From Macrostomum lignano (Eukaryota), in the NCBI GenBank assembly GCA_002269645.1, contig NIVC01000817.1, positions 1 to 51,674 of the forward strand: 51,674 nucleotides of DNA, given 5' to 3'. Positions 18,051 through 30,400 of this stretch are shown piece after piece. The notes under the pieces are model-generated. The model was not told the origin of the DNA. It searched no databases and saw only the letters and a program-made list of their open reading frames with translations. Made by a program: the position numbers and the translations under genes. Within the stretch, counting starts at the first letter, position 1. Each line of letters starts with the position of its first letter.

Positions 18051-19222
18051 AATCGCCCCTCTAACCAATTAAAAATCCCCCTATAACCCATTCAGAATCG
18101 CTCTCTATCCCATTCAGACTCGCTCTCTATCCCATTCAGACTCGCTCTCTATCCCATTCAGAATCGCTCTCTATCCCATTTAGAATCGCTCTCTATCCCA
18201 TTCAGAATCGCTCTCTATCTCATTCAAAATCGCTCTCTATCCCATTCAGAATCGCCCTCTATCTCATTCAAAATCGCTCTCTATCCCATTCAGAATCGCT
18301 CTCTATCCCATTCAGAATCGCTCCCTATCTCATTCAAAATCGCTCTCTATCCCATTCAGAATTGCCCTCTATCTCATTCAAAATCGCTCTCTATCCCATT
18401 CAGAATCGCTCTCTATCCCATTCAGAATCGCTCTCTATCCCATTCAGAATCGCTCTCTATCCCATTCAGAATCGCTCTCTATCCCATTCAAAATCGCTCT
18501 CTATCCCATTCAGAATCGCTCTCTATCCCATTCAGAATCGCTCTCTATCCCATTCAGAATCGCCCTCTATCTCATTCAAAATCGCTCTCTATCCCATTCA
18601 GAATCGCTCTCTATCCCATTCAGAATCGCTCCCTATCTCATTCAAAATCGCTCTCTATCCCATTCAGAATTGCCCTCTATCTCATTCAAAATCGCTCTCT
18701 ATCCCATTCAGAATCGCTCTCTATCCCATTCAGAATCGCTCTCTATCCCATTCAGAATCGCTCTCTATCCCATTCAGAATCGCTCTCTATCCCATTCAGA
18801 ATCACTCTCTATCCCATTCAGAATCGCTCTCTATCCCATTCAGAATCGCTCTCTATCCCATTCAGAATCGCTCTCTATCCCATTCAGAATCGCTCTCTAT
18901 CCCATTCAGACTCGCTCTCTATCCCATTTAGAATCGCTCTCTATCCCATTCAGAATCGCTCTCTATCCCATTCAGAATCGCTCTCTATCCCATTTAGAAT
19001 CGCTCTCTATCCCATTCAGACTCGCTCTCTATCCCATTCAGAATCGCTCTCTATCCCATTCAGACTCGCTCTCTATCCCATTCAGACTCGCTCTCTATCC
19101 CATTCAGAATCGCTCTCTATCCCATTCAGAATCGCTCTCTATCCCATTCAGAATCGCTCTCTATCCCATTCAGAATCGCTCTCTATCCCATTCAGAATCA
19201 CTCTCTTTCCTATTCAGAATCG
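18051..19222. repeat. 22-bp minisatellite, ~53 units, between CHTOP and UTP14
   Basis: Unit CCCATTCAGAATCGCTCTCTAT. Confidence 0.97.
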
Positions 19223-19293
19223 CCAACTCAATTCAAAGCAATCTGCTTCAGCTCTAATTGGACTCAAACGCACTCTCCAGAACGAAATCCCAG

Positions 19294-22200
19294 ATGAAAA
19301 ATCGTGAAGACAGCGACGATGACCCTCTAGAAGAAGAAGCAGAAGCAACAATGTCTGCCGGAGAAGAGGCCAGTGCGGATGTACCAGAGGAGGATCACGC
19401 GGCCCTGCTGAGCGGCCTGCGCCGCACCCTCAAAGTGGATGGACGCCGACGTTCGGAGCGCCGACCTCCGTCATCGGCCATGGACGTCCACGGACTGCGC
19501 TCGGCCGGTGGCGCGGCGTCCTCGATGCGGCAGATTCTGGCCACGGCGCTGGGCGGCAAGGCCGCTAAACGGGCGGTCGGCCAGGAGCTGCGGGCGGCCA
19601 AACGGCGGCACCGGGTGCTGGAGGCGCCAGCGAAGCTTACGGAGGCCAAATCGCAGCGGATCGCGGCATATGAGAGAGCGAATAAGGTGAGGCTCGGATC
19701 TTTGAGAATTGCATTAGCCGTTTGAGGCGGCACTTGAAACTCGCCTACTAGACTCTACCCTCATTGAGAATGGCCCTCTTCTCCAATTTAGAATCTCCTC
19801 CTCCCATTGAGAATCTCCTCCTATTGAGAATCGCCCTCTTCTCCCATTAAGAATCGCCTTCTTCCCCATTGAGAATCGCCCTCTAAGTCCCTCCAAGATT
19901 GGTGCGCCCAGCGCCAAAGCTCCTTACCAAGATTTGCGTGTGACCTCCCAGGACCTCGGCCGCTGGTACGGCTACGTCGAGCGGAATCGCCTGTCTGAGG
20001 AGGTGAGCTTCCCGCTGCCCGCCACCGGCGCCCCGCGGCCGCAGTCCGTCTCCGACTATCGCCAGCGGGCCCGCGTCGACATCGCCGTTGCAATGAGCGC
20101 CGATCCTGACAGCGCCAAAGGCGAATCTGGCGCTGCTCCCACGACGTCGGCGCCAGTCGTCGACGACCTCGAGAGTCGGCTGTACCGCCGGCTGTACAAC
20201 CAGACGGCCATCGCAGAGGCTGCCGGCCTGGCCGCTGGGAATCCGCAGCAGCAGCAGCAGAAGAATCCAAATCAGCTCGATGGCGCCAAAGTTCGTGAGC
20301 GCCTGGCCTCGAACCGGCGCCTAATAGCTCGGCGCCATTTCTTAGAAGAGAAGCTGAAGCGCCAGTCGCGGATTAAATCCAAATCCTACAGGAAGCACGC
20401 TCGCCGGGCCAAGCTCAAGCAGGAGGAGGCCGAGCTGACCGCTCTGAAGGACTCGGACCCGGTCGCGTTCGCCGAGCGGATGGCGGCGCTGGAGCGGGCG
20501 CGCGCAGACGAGCGGATCAGCCAGCGGCACCGGGGCGGCAGCAAGTTCGCCAGGCAGCAGAAGTTGCGGGCCAAGTTTGACGACGCGGCCAGGCAGGCGG
20601 TGCAGGACATGATCCAGCGGGGCAAGGAGCTCACCGAGAAGACCGACGGCGATGCCAATGGCGACAGCAGCGGCGAGGATAGCGATGCCAAATCTAGCGG
20701 CGATGAGGCCGCCGTCCAGCTTCCCGAGGAACTTGTTGACGATTGGAATGACGGCACCGCGGAGGAGGACAAGGACGAGACTGTGCCAGCCAGCCTGCGG
20801 CCCGCCAGGTCCACGGGGTGAGTGGCTGGTAGGGTGGGAGTAGAGGGGAGAGTAGGGAGTAGATGGGACAGTAGGGAGTAGATGGGACAGTAGGGAGTAG
20901 ATGGGACAGTAGGGAGTAGATGGGACAGTAGGGAGTGAATGGGAGAGTAGGGAGTAGATGGGACAGTAGGGAGTAGATGGGACAGTAGGGAGTGAATGGG
21001 AGAGTAGGGAGTTGATGGGAGGGTATGGAGTAGATAGGAGAGTAGGGGGAGTAGATGAGAGAGTAGGGAGTTGATGAGAGAGTAGGGAGTTGATGGCAAG
21101 GTATTGATTAGATAGGATGGTATGGAGTAGATGGGACAATAGACAGCGGATAATTATTGAGCTTTTATTCTTCTGTTTGACTGTCTATCATATTGACGCT
21201 TCCCCTCCAGACTCAGCGCGGCCTCATCAACTCTTGCCTCATCAGCCGGACAGAAGCGGCAGCAGCAGCAGCGCAGTCTGGAACTCGACCTCAGCCACAT
21301 GCCCTCTCTGCCAACCGTCGACGCCGCCGGAGACGAAGACGGCGACGCCCTGGAGGCCGCCTCGTCCAGGCGGAGCTTGGCCCGCCTGCGCACCGACGAA
21401 CTGCTGGCCGAGGAGGTGGCCGAGACCGAAGCCGACGCCAAGGCCGACTTTGAGCGGGAGAAGGCCGCCGTGGCTGACGAGGTGCGATCGCTGTAACCCC
21501 GCTACTCTGCTCATAGCTACTCTGCTCATAGAAACTCTGCTCAAAGCTACTCTGCTCATAGAAACTCTGCTCAAAGCTACTCTGCTCATAGCTACTCTGC
21601 TCATAGAAACTCTGCTCAAAGCTACTCTGCTCATAGAAACTCTGCTCAAAGCTACTCTGCTCATAGCTACTCTGCTCATAGAAACTCTGCTCAAAGCTAC
21701 TCTGCTCATAGAAACTCTGCTCAAAGCTACTCTGCTCATAGCTACTTTGCTCATAGCTACTCTGCTCAAAGCTACTCTGCTCATAGCTACTCTGCTCATA
21801 GAAACTCTGCTCAAAGCTACTCTGCTCATAGCTACTCTGCTCATAGAAACTCTGCTCAAAGCTACTCTGCTCATAGCTACTTTGCTCACAGCTACTCTGC
21901 TCATAGAAACTCTGCTCAAAGCTACTCTGCTCATAGCTACTCTGCCCAAAGCTACTCTGCTCATAGCTACTCTGCTCATAGCTACTCTGCTCATAGCTAC
22001 TCTGCTCATAGCTACTGCCCAAAGCTGCTCAAAGCAATCCAGCCGAGTCCATTCCAGTCCACCCCACTCGATTCCAGGAGCAGCCAAAAGACGTGGACCT
22101 GTTCCTGCCCGGCTGGAACACCTGGACAGGCCCCGGCACCCGGCCAGTGTCCGAGGAGCGCCGCCAGAAATTCGTCATAAAGGCGCCTCGCCGGCAGCGC

Positions 22201-22494
22201 CGGGACGCAGCCCACGGTCACGTGATCATCCGGGAGCGGCTGGGCGCAGGCCAGGCGCTGCGCCGCCATCTGGTCAAAGGCGTGCCGTTCCCTTACGCCA
22301 ACGCTGAGCAATTCGAGGGCGCGATGCGAGCCCCGGTCTGCCGCGAGTTCAACTCCATCCAGGCGCACAAGCGGCTGACCGCGCCGCGGGTGTCCGTGCT
22401 GATGGGCCGGCGCATCGGTCCCGTGCCCAAGGACGCCATCCTGCGCAGGAAGCGGGCCCAGCGGACCAGCGCCGATATTGTCAAAGGGAAATAG
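19294..22494 (+). CDS. UTP14: U3 snoRNA-associated protein 14 (SSU processome), ~648 aa
   Basis: Exons 19294-19686, 19952-20817, 21211-21481, 22078-22494 (phases 0, 2, 0). Motifs: AAYERANKDLGRW...RNR....VSFPL; RQSRIKSKSYRK; ERARADERISQRH; PKDVDLFLPGWNTWTGPG; VPFPY....QFE..MRAPV..EFN. The start ATG could alternatively be at 19351. Confidence 0.92.
19760..19885. repeat. Degenerate ~22-23-bp repeat in UTP14 intron 1
   Basis: CATTGAGAATCGCCCTCTTCTCC-like, ~5 units. Confidence 0.75.
20835..21135. repeat. 19-bp purine-rich minisatellite in UTP14 intron 2
   Basis: Unit GTAGGGAGTAGATGGGACA. Confidence 0.9.
21500..22035. repeat. 15-bp minisatellite, ~35 units, in UTP14 intron 3
   Basis: Unit GCTACTCTGCTCATA / GAAACTCTGCTCAAA. 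Confidence 0.96.
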
Positions 22495-23359
22495 GCATAG
22501 CCAACTACTCACAGTAGACAGGCGCGCATGCCTGCAAGTTTTTATTTTACCCATTAGGGTATACCTAGCAAAAAGCTTCCTACTTTCAGTTCAGTAGCAA
22601 TGAAGAATACATAAGCTATTTTATAAAAATAAAGGCAGCCGAGATGACTTTGATAAGTTTAGAAGCAAGCTTGCAGGCGTAAACAGCTTGCTAATTGGTT
22701 TAGCAATAATGTACATTGGCCACTGAAATGTACATGGCAGAATTTGGCTGGAACAACCCAGGAAGGCAATAAAAATTGGGTGGCGGGCAGGGGTAGAGGT
22801 TCTGTGTGGACTTTGGGGGGTTTAAGCTTGGGGGGGTAAGAGCCTTGTCTAGAAATAAATTAAAATGCTTCAGTTTAACTTACTACTGAACTGAAAGTAG
22901 CTTGCATGCAAATTTGCTGAGTTGCCCATCTAGTAAGTCTAGTATTTGTGCTCTATGCCCAGCATCTGTGTTAGAAAGTGTGACTAGACGCACAGCCCCC
23001 CTTTGGGGTATGCACTTTCTTGGAAGCGTTGACATCAAATAAACTAATAAATGCAATTAGATATCTTTTGTATGCATTTTCTTCTATTGGTTTTGCTTGT
23101 CAATTTTTGTTGCCTATTGGATTAATAAAATGTTGCCCGTCTATCGCGTGAACCACGATCTGCGATCGGCATTGTTTGAAGCTTTGGAATTCTGTTTTTG
23201 TCGCTTAATTAACAGGTATTAATTAATTGTCACAGACTCGTTTGTGTAGGAAATCTTCGTCTCTGGTCTGAGAGGTGATTATCTGTTCTATAATAGGGCA
23301 TATCATAGGTATATCAACTGTCAACTGTCTAGGGGATGACTGTCAACTGTCTAGAAAAT

Positions 23360-24030
23360 GATTATTATTTGTCAGCTCGTAGGAAGTAATGATCATGTTA
23401 CTAGGAAATGATTATCATGCTACCTAGGAAGTGATTATCATGCTACCTAGAAAGTGATTATCATGCTACCTAGGAAGTGATTATCATGCTACTTAGGAAG
23501 TGATTATCATGCTACCTAGGAAGTGATTATCATGCTACTTAGGAAGTGATTATCATGCTACTTAGGAAGTGATTATCATGCTACCTAGGAAGTGATTATC
23601 ATGCTACTTAGGAAGTGATTATCATGCTACCTAGGAAGTGATTATCATGCTACCTAGGAAGTGATTATCATACTACTTAGGAAGTGATTATCATGCTACC
23701 TAGGAAGTGATTATCATGCTACCTAGGAAGTGATTATCATGCTAGTGAAAAATGATTATCATGCTACCTAGGAAGTGATTATCATGCTACCTAGGAAGTG
23801 ATTATCATGTTACTAGGAAATGATTATCATGCTACCTAGGAAGTGATTATCATGCTACCTAGGAAGTGATTATCATGCTACTAGGAAACGATAATGATGC
23901 TACTAGGAAATGACTATCATGCTACCTAGAAAATGATAATCATGCTAGTGAAAAATGATTATCATGCTAGTGAAAAATGATTGTCATGCTAGTGAGAAAT
24001 GATTATAGTTCCAGCAAGTGATTATCGCTG
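23360..24030. repeat. 23-bp minisatellite, ~28 units, upstream of PSMD7
   Basis: Unit CTACCTAGGAAGTGATTATCATG. Confidence 0.95.
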
Positions 24031-24164
24031 GTCTATGTGATTATTTCACTCGCCCGTCATCGTTCCCATCGTCCAACTTTGATGACAAGCAGCCTCCCAG
24101 CCCTAACAGCTGTCTGATTCCCATTGCCGAAGCGCCAGAAAAATCCTAAATCCTCATCGCCGCA

Positions 24165-25622
24165 ATGTCCCAGGCCGCCGATGCCACAGCCGCGGCTGGC
24201 GCAGCCGCTGACGATTCGCAGGCGCTGCCGCCTTCCCTGAACCCCGGGCCGCCTCCCATCACGAAGGTGATCGTCCACCCGCTGGTGCTGCTGTCCGTGG
24301 TGGATCACTACAATCGCCTGGAGAAGGTCAGCGTCGGGCATCGCCGCTGCATCGGCGTGTTGCTGGGCAGTCGCCAAGGCGACGTACTGGACATCAGCAA
24401 CAGCTTCGCCATCCCGTTCGAGGAGGACCCGCGCGACCGGTCCGTGTGGTTCCTGGACCACGACTACCTGGAGACCATGTTCGGCATGTTCAAGAAGGTC
24501 AACGCCAAGGAGCGCATCGTCGGCTGGTACCACAGCGGCCCGCGGCTCTGCCAGAACGACATCGGCATCAACGAGCTGATTGGAAAATTCTGCGTCAGCG
24601 GCAGCCCCGTTCTGGTCATCGTCAGCATCAAGGAGACCGAGGGCCTGCCAACCGAGGCCTACACGGCCATCGAGGAGGTCCACGACGATGGCCGGCCGCC
24701 GTCGAAGACTTGGAATCACCTGGCTAGCGAGATCGGCGCCGAGGAGGCCGAGGAGGTCGGCGTGGAGCACCTGCTCCGCGACATCAAAGACTCCACGGTT
24801 GGCACCCTGTCCCAGAGGATCGCCTCGCAGCGCAGCGGCCTGCGCGGTTTCCACGCCCAGCTGAAGGAGATCAACGCCTACTTGGAGGACGTCATCTCCG
24901 GTCGGCTACCAATCAATCACCAGATTGCCTATCGACTGCAGGTGAGGCCTGGGGCAGTGGCCTCTATGAATTCATGTTTTGCTGTCTTTAGAGAGGTCAT
25001 CTAAGGTCATGAAATTGGTGTCATTAAGGGTGTCCTAGGAAATTTCATTAAAGGTTTTCTAGGAAGGGGCATTAGGGTGTCCTAGGAAGGGTCATTAAGG
25101 TGTCCTAGGAAGGCTCATTAAGGTGTCCTAGGAAGGGTCATCCTACAAAAGGTCATAAATTTTAGTTGACTGATTTAGTATGCCTCGACTCTGGCGTCAT
25201 TAATCGTAGAAGCGGCCATTTCAAATGCTATTTGAGTGATGTCGGTTTGTGAGCACCGCCCGTGAGTTCCCATCAGACACCGGTGCCCCCTGTTCCCCTG
25301 CCGCCCGCAGGACACGGTGAACCTGCTGCCCGACATATCCCTGCCGGAGTTCGTCCGCGCGCTGTACATGCAGACCAACGACCAGGCCCTGGTGATCTAC
25401 CTGTCCTCCATGCTGCGCTCCATCCTGGCTCTGGACGACCTCATCGACAACAAGCTGCAGAACCGGGAGACAGAGAAAGAAGAGACCGACCAGCTGCAGG
25501 CGGCCCGGGCCAAAGCTGCCGCCGCCGCTGCCTCAGCGGCCGCTGCGCCAGACGGCAAGAAGCCGGCCGAGGACCAGCCGCCTTCCTCCGACAAGCCCGA
25601 CTCCGGCGAGAAGAAGCGATGA
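24165..25622 (+). CDS. PSMD7: 26S proteasome lid subunit Rpn8 (MPN domain), ~362 aa
   Basis: Exons 24165-24941 and 25311-25622 (phase 0). Motifs: [18 protein letters not shown]; [11 protein letters not shown]; [33 protein letters not shown]; [20 protein letters not shown]-type motif; YRLQ|DTVNLLPD; TNDQ. Confidence 0.97.
25015..25140. repeat. Degenerate ~23-bp repeat in the PSMD7 intron
   Basis: ATTAAGGTGTCCTAGGAAGGGTC, ~5 units. Confidence 0.8.
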
Positions 25623-26104
25623 AGCAGCCGCCGCGAGTCATCGGTCGCCTCTCCGTCAAAAGAACATTGTGTACTTTGTTCCTCACTGTCTCTCTCTCCA
25701 GGCTCTGCTTCTCCTCCCGCCTGCCGCGGGTTCGTCTTATTTTGGACAAGAAATTGATTGCTTGTCAGTGAATTTCATGCCCAACTGCTGCAGTTAAACA
25801 GTTTTTTAATCTACAGCACATAACCTGCGACATTGACGTCCTACTTGAAGTACTAAAACTTTGATAATATTTCACTAGTGATGGAACATTCTGAAGGTTT
25901 AATAATTATCCAGCTATGTAAGACATCCGGGTAGCTTTCCTATACTAAATATAAATCTACTAATTGGTATGCCGGCACACAAATACACGAGCAAACAAGT
26001 TTCGCTTATTATATAATTACCAAGCTTGCAATTTTTTTCGTGAAACTGCCTGCGAATTAAGTTTAATTTTTGCATATTATGTCATGTGTGCTTTTGGTTT
26101 ACTC

Positions 26105-26800
26105 TGGGGTGTGGCTTCTGGTTTATTCCGGTGTGGGCCGTTGTGTGGGCTGTGGTGTGGGCTGTGGTGTGGGCCGTTGTGTGGGCTGTGATGTGGACTG
26201 TGATTTAGGCTGTGGTGTGGGCCGTGGTTTGGATCATGGTGTGGACTGTGATTTAGGCTGTGGTGTGGGCCGTGGTTTGGATCATGGTGTGGACTGTGAT
26301 TTAGGCTGTGGTGTGGGCTGTGGTTTGGATCATGGTGTGGACTGTGATTTAGGCTGTGGTGTGGGCTGTGGTTTGGGCTGTGCTGTGGGCCGTGGTTTGG
26401 GCTGTGGTTTAGGTTGTGCTAGTGGGCCGTGGTTTGGATCATGGTGTGGACTGTGATTTAGGCTGTGGTGTGGGCTGTGGTTTAGGCTGTGCTGGTGGGC
26501 CGTGGTTTGGATCATGGTGTGGACTGTGATTTAGGCTGTGGTGTGGACTGTGATTTAGGCTGTGCTGTGGGCCGTGGTTTGGGCTGTGGTTTAGGCTGTG
26601 CTGGTGGGCCGTGGTTTGGATCATGGTGTGGACTGTGATTTAGGCTGTGGTGTGGGCTGTGGTTTGGATCATGGTGTGGACTGTGATTTAGGCTGTGGTG
26701 TGGACTGTGATTTAGGCTGTGCTGTGGGCCGTGGTTTGGGCTGTGGTTTTGGTTGTGCTAGTGGGCCGTGGTTTGGATCATGGTGTGGGCTGTGGTTTAG
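26105..26800. repeat. 12-bp-based GT-rich satellite with higher-order blocks, between the convergent 3' ends of PSMD7 and the LIM gene
   Basis: Subunits GGGCTGTGGTGT, GGGCCGTGGTTT, GGATCATGGTGT, GGACTGTGATTT, AGGCTGTGGTGT in recurring order. Confidence 0.93.
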
Positions 26801-27480
26801 CCTACTGTTTTGGCCATCGCAAAAGCCAAGACTGGTGACAAGAATGCAGAGTTTTTGGCAATAAATAATGAGCGCAAGTGCAGCAAGTGGGATGTCTTAT
26901 TAGCAGTCAAGTTGCAGTCAAATTGATTCCGAGCTGTTGTGTATCTTCGCATCAGCTGCACTTTGGGTTAAATTAACTTCAGGTCAAAGCGGGTCATTCG
27001 GATTTAAGCAATGAGGCGCAGAGTGAGCAGACGGGTGAGTCGGTTTGAACAAAAAAATGATGCTGCATGCGGTTCAAGCATTCGGTTGCTGGGAGTAATG
27101 TAGGAGGAGTAAATTATGCCATCGGTTGAGGCAGCGTGCAGTTACAGCAGTTCAGGAGCCTCGGGTTTTTTAAATCACAGACTAGCGGTTTCTGCAGCTC
27201 CTGGCTGGCAGGTAAAAAATAAGTATTGGCTGCTTGTGCTGGTACGGTAACCAAGTTGGAGCTCTGTTGATTTGCAACAGGCTCCAGTAGAATCACTACA
27301 GTTAGTGGCGTTTGCCTTACTGCATGGGTAGGAGGCGGGTTACAGGCAGCGGGCATGCTGTAAGCAGAAAAATTATTTGTTGAAATAAAAAATCTGATCT
27401 CATTAGTACGCATGCACTTTGATGAGCAAATAATTAATACGCGTTCGTTCCCGACAGTCCTTCGCAGCTGCTCACCGCAG

Positions 27481-30400
27481 TCAGCGGCCGCACTCCGGGC
27501 ACAGAATCTCGTCTCCATCAGTGAGGAAGCCCTTGCCAACCAGGTTGATGTCGCACTTGTAGCACACGAAGCACTCCGAGTGCCAGTGCCGCTCCTCGAA
27601 CGAGATGAACTTGCAGCCTCCGAAACCTGCGTGTGTGTGCGATAAATATTTGCTTGATCCATGCCGCTACATTGGCGACTCAGCTGCGCCAGTCTGTTGG
27701 CACAACGTGCATATTGCCTCTGAGAGTTTCTCTCGGAAACTCAGGAATGACTTCTGCGATTCACGCCACGAATATCAACAACCCAACCCGAAGGCGACTG
27801 CGTGCACTATTTGACATCCGCCTACATGTTATGTCCATGTGTGAGCACTAATGGGTCAGCGGAACGAGTATGACTGCTTGCCTCATCGCATTCTGTGAAT
27901 CGAATGTCGCCTTGATTCTCGGCATTGCTAAAAAGCCGCTCTATCTAGCCAGGTGTGCAGATAGTCAGGTGTACAGCCAACGGCGCAGTCTCTGTAATTG
28001 CGTGCGGGCTGTTCTACCGCAGCTCAGAGCTGCCATCTTGTCCCACCAGGGGTGAACTGCAGCTCAGAGCTGAATTTGCTTAGGCAGTCTAAGCAAGCCT
28101 TTTCATATCTGCGTAATAACTACAAAGTACGGGGGCCGTAGCCCAGCGGTAGCGCAGCTGCTCTGGTGTGCCAGCGACCCAGGCTCGATTCCAAGAGCAG
28201 TCACATTGATTTGGGGCTGAATTGGAATCTCGGCTTGGCTCTGCTCGTGCAATTAACGGCCTTGAGGGCCAACCCCCCAAGGCGCAGTGAAGTGTACATG
28301 CCTAACGATAATATAAAGTTAGGGCCGTTGTACACTCCTGTGTGAGTGTGTGCCTGCGTACGTATCCGCGCGCTTGTATGCCTGCTCAGAGGAGTCGGCG
28401 GAATGGGCAATAATGCCTCTCGCCGGTTGTGTGCCTATGTCGCATAAAGTGCGACAGGGTGCACCAACCCCCCTGCCTCTAATAAAAAAACTACTGTACA
28501 AAGTACACGACGTACTATGCTTACCTGCAGCGCCGGTGAAAAATCCGCTGGCAACACTCGACTAGCGACTCCAACTAGAAAATTATACAAGCCTTTACAT
28601 GCATAAGCACGCGTGATACTCACCAGTTATTGGCTGGGTGCACCTGCAGCACTTCTTAGCAAACAGCTGCCCGTAGCACTCGGCGCAGTAGGGCTTCTCG
28701 TCCTTGCTGGTGAACTTCACCCCCGCCAGCTGGGTGGTGCAATTGGCGCACACCAGGCACTCCTTGTGGTACGGATCGCCTTTGTAGGTGACTCCTCCCC
28801 GTTTAATCACCTGGGTGCACTTGGAGCAGCGCTGCGCGTACTTCTCCTCGTAGCAGGGCACGCAGCAGACGTCCTGGTCGCGCGGGATGAAGGACTTGGT
28901 GCCGATGGGCAGGCGGCACTCCAGGCAGAGGAAGCACTCTTCGTGCCACTGCTTGCCGCGGTACTCGTACTTGCGCATGCCGGCGCGGAACACCTGCGGG
29001 TTGTTGTAGGATCTGGCCGTGGTGATGCTCTGACCTTGAGTCGCAGCTGCCATGGCTGAACCCTAACTATCCCTTTAATCCTTGGTCTACCAAAAACTCC
29101 CAATGGACCCTTGGCATCTGAGCAACCCTTCCCATGAGCCACAGCAATTCCCCCATAAGTTTTGACATCTCAGCACATGGCATTCTATACATCTTTGCTG
29201 CTGGCAGATGCCGCTTAACTCGTGGCACTGATAAGTCTGCAGGTAAAGCGCCAATGTCAATCTCACCTTGCTGCAACCGTCGCAGCGGGCGGCGAACTTC
29301 TCGTCGTGACAGTCAGAACAGAACAGAGCCTCCTCCTTGGTGGCAAATGGCTTGTCAACCAGGCTGGTGCTGCAGGAGCTGCACTTAAAACAGCGCTCGT
29401 GCCAGTGGCGGTCCTTGTAGGACAGGTCCTGCGGTTGCGGTGGGTTTCATGGGGGGGGGCAGTTTGAGCTCACAAACTCACCCACTCACGGACTCACAAA
29501 ACACATTAACTCATGAACTTAGAAACCGACCACAGCCTCTCACCTTAGAATCGCAGCCTATTTTGTCCTTGCACTGTTCGCAGGTGTTGGCAAAGATGTC
29601 CTCGTAGCACTGAATGCAAAACGGTTTCTCCTCGCGCAGAATGTACCGATGCCCTGTGAGCGACTTGTCGCAGTTCGAGCAGGCGAAGTGGCCCGTGTGA
29701 TGGTCGCCCTCCATGGAGCGGGTCAGCTCCACCGAGAAGATGAGCTTGAATCGATGGGGAGAGTGCGTTTCTTAGATCCTCCTTATGCAAGTTCGAGACG
29801 AGCGAGTCACTGCTCTCCAAATCTCCCCACTGCCCTCCCAATCTCCTCACTGTCCTCCCAATCTCCTCACTGCCCTCCCAATCTCCCCACTGTCCTCCCA
29901 ATCTCCCCACTGTCCTCCCAATCTCCCCACTGCCCTCCCAATCTCCCCACTGCCCTCCCAATCTCCCCACTGCCCTCCAAATCTCCTCACTGCCCTCCCA
30001 ATCTCCTCACTGCCCTCTAAATCTCCCCACTGTCCTCCCAATCTCCCCACTGTCCTCCCAATATCCCCACTGCCCTCCCAATCTCCCCACTGCCCTCCCA
30101 ATCTCCCACTGCCCTCCCAATCTCCTCACTGCCCTCCCAACTGCCCTCAATCTCCCCACTGCCCTCCCAATCTCCCCACTCCCCTCTAAATCTCCCTACT
30201 GCCCTCCCAATCTCCTCACTGCCCTCCCAATCTCCCCACTGCCCTCCCAATCTCCCCACTGCCCTCCCAATCTCCTCACTGCCCTCCCAATCTCCTCACT
30301 GCCCTCCCAATCTCCCACTGCCCTCCCAATCTCCTCACTGCCCTCCCAATCTCCTCACTGCCCTCCCAATCTCCTCACTGTCCTCCCAATCTCCTCACTG

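Noticed and set aside
21117-22307. ORFs with (QSSYE)n, (SRVAM)n and (ATLLI)n
   Set aside because: They lie in the 15-bp array within UTP14 intron 3. The UTP14 frame hits TAA right after the donor, and the splice model joins conserved motifs.
24057-24854. 265-aa antisense ORF over PSMD7 (and similar ones over UTP14 and innexin B)
   Set aside because: Long antisense frames are expected with very high GC3, and these have no recognisable motifs.
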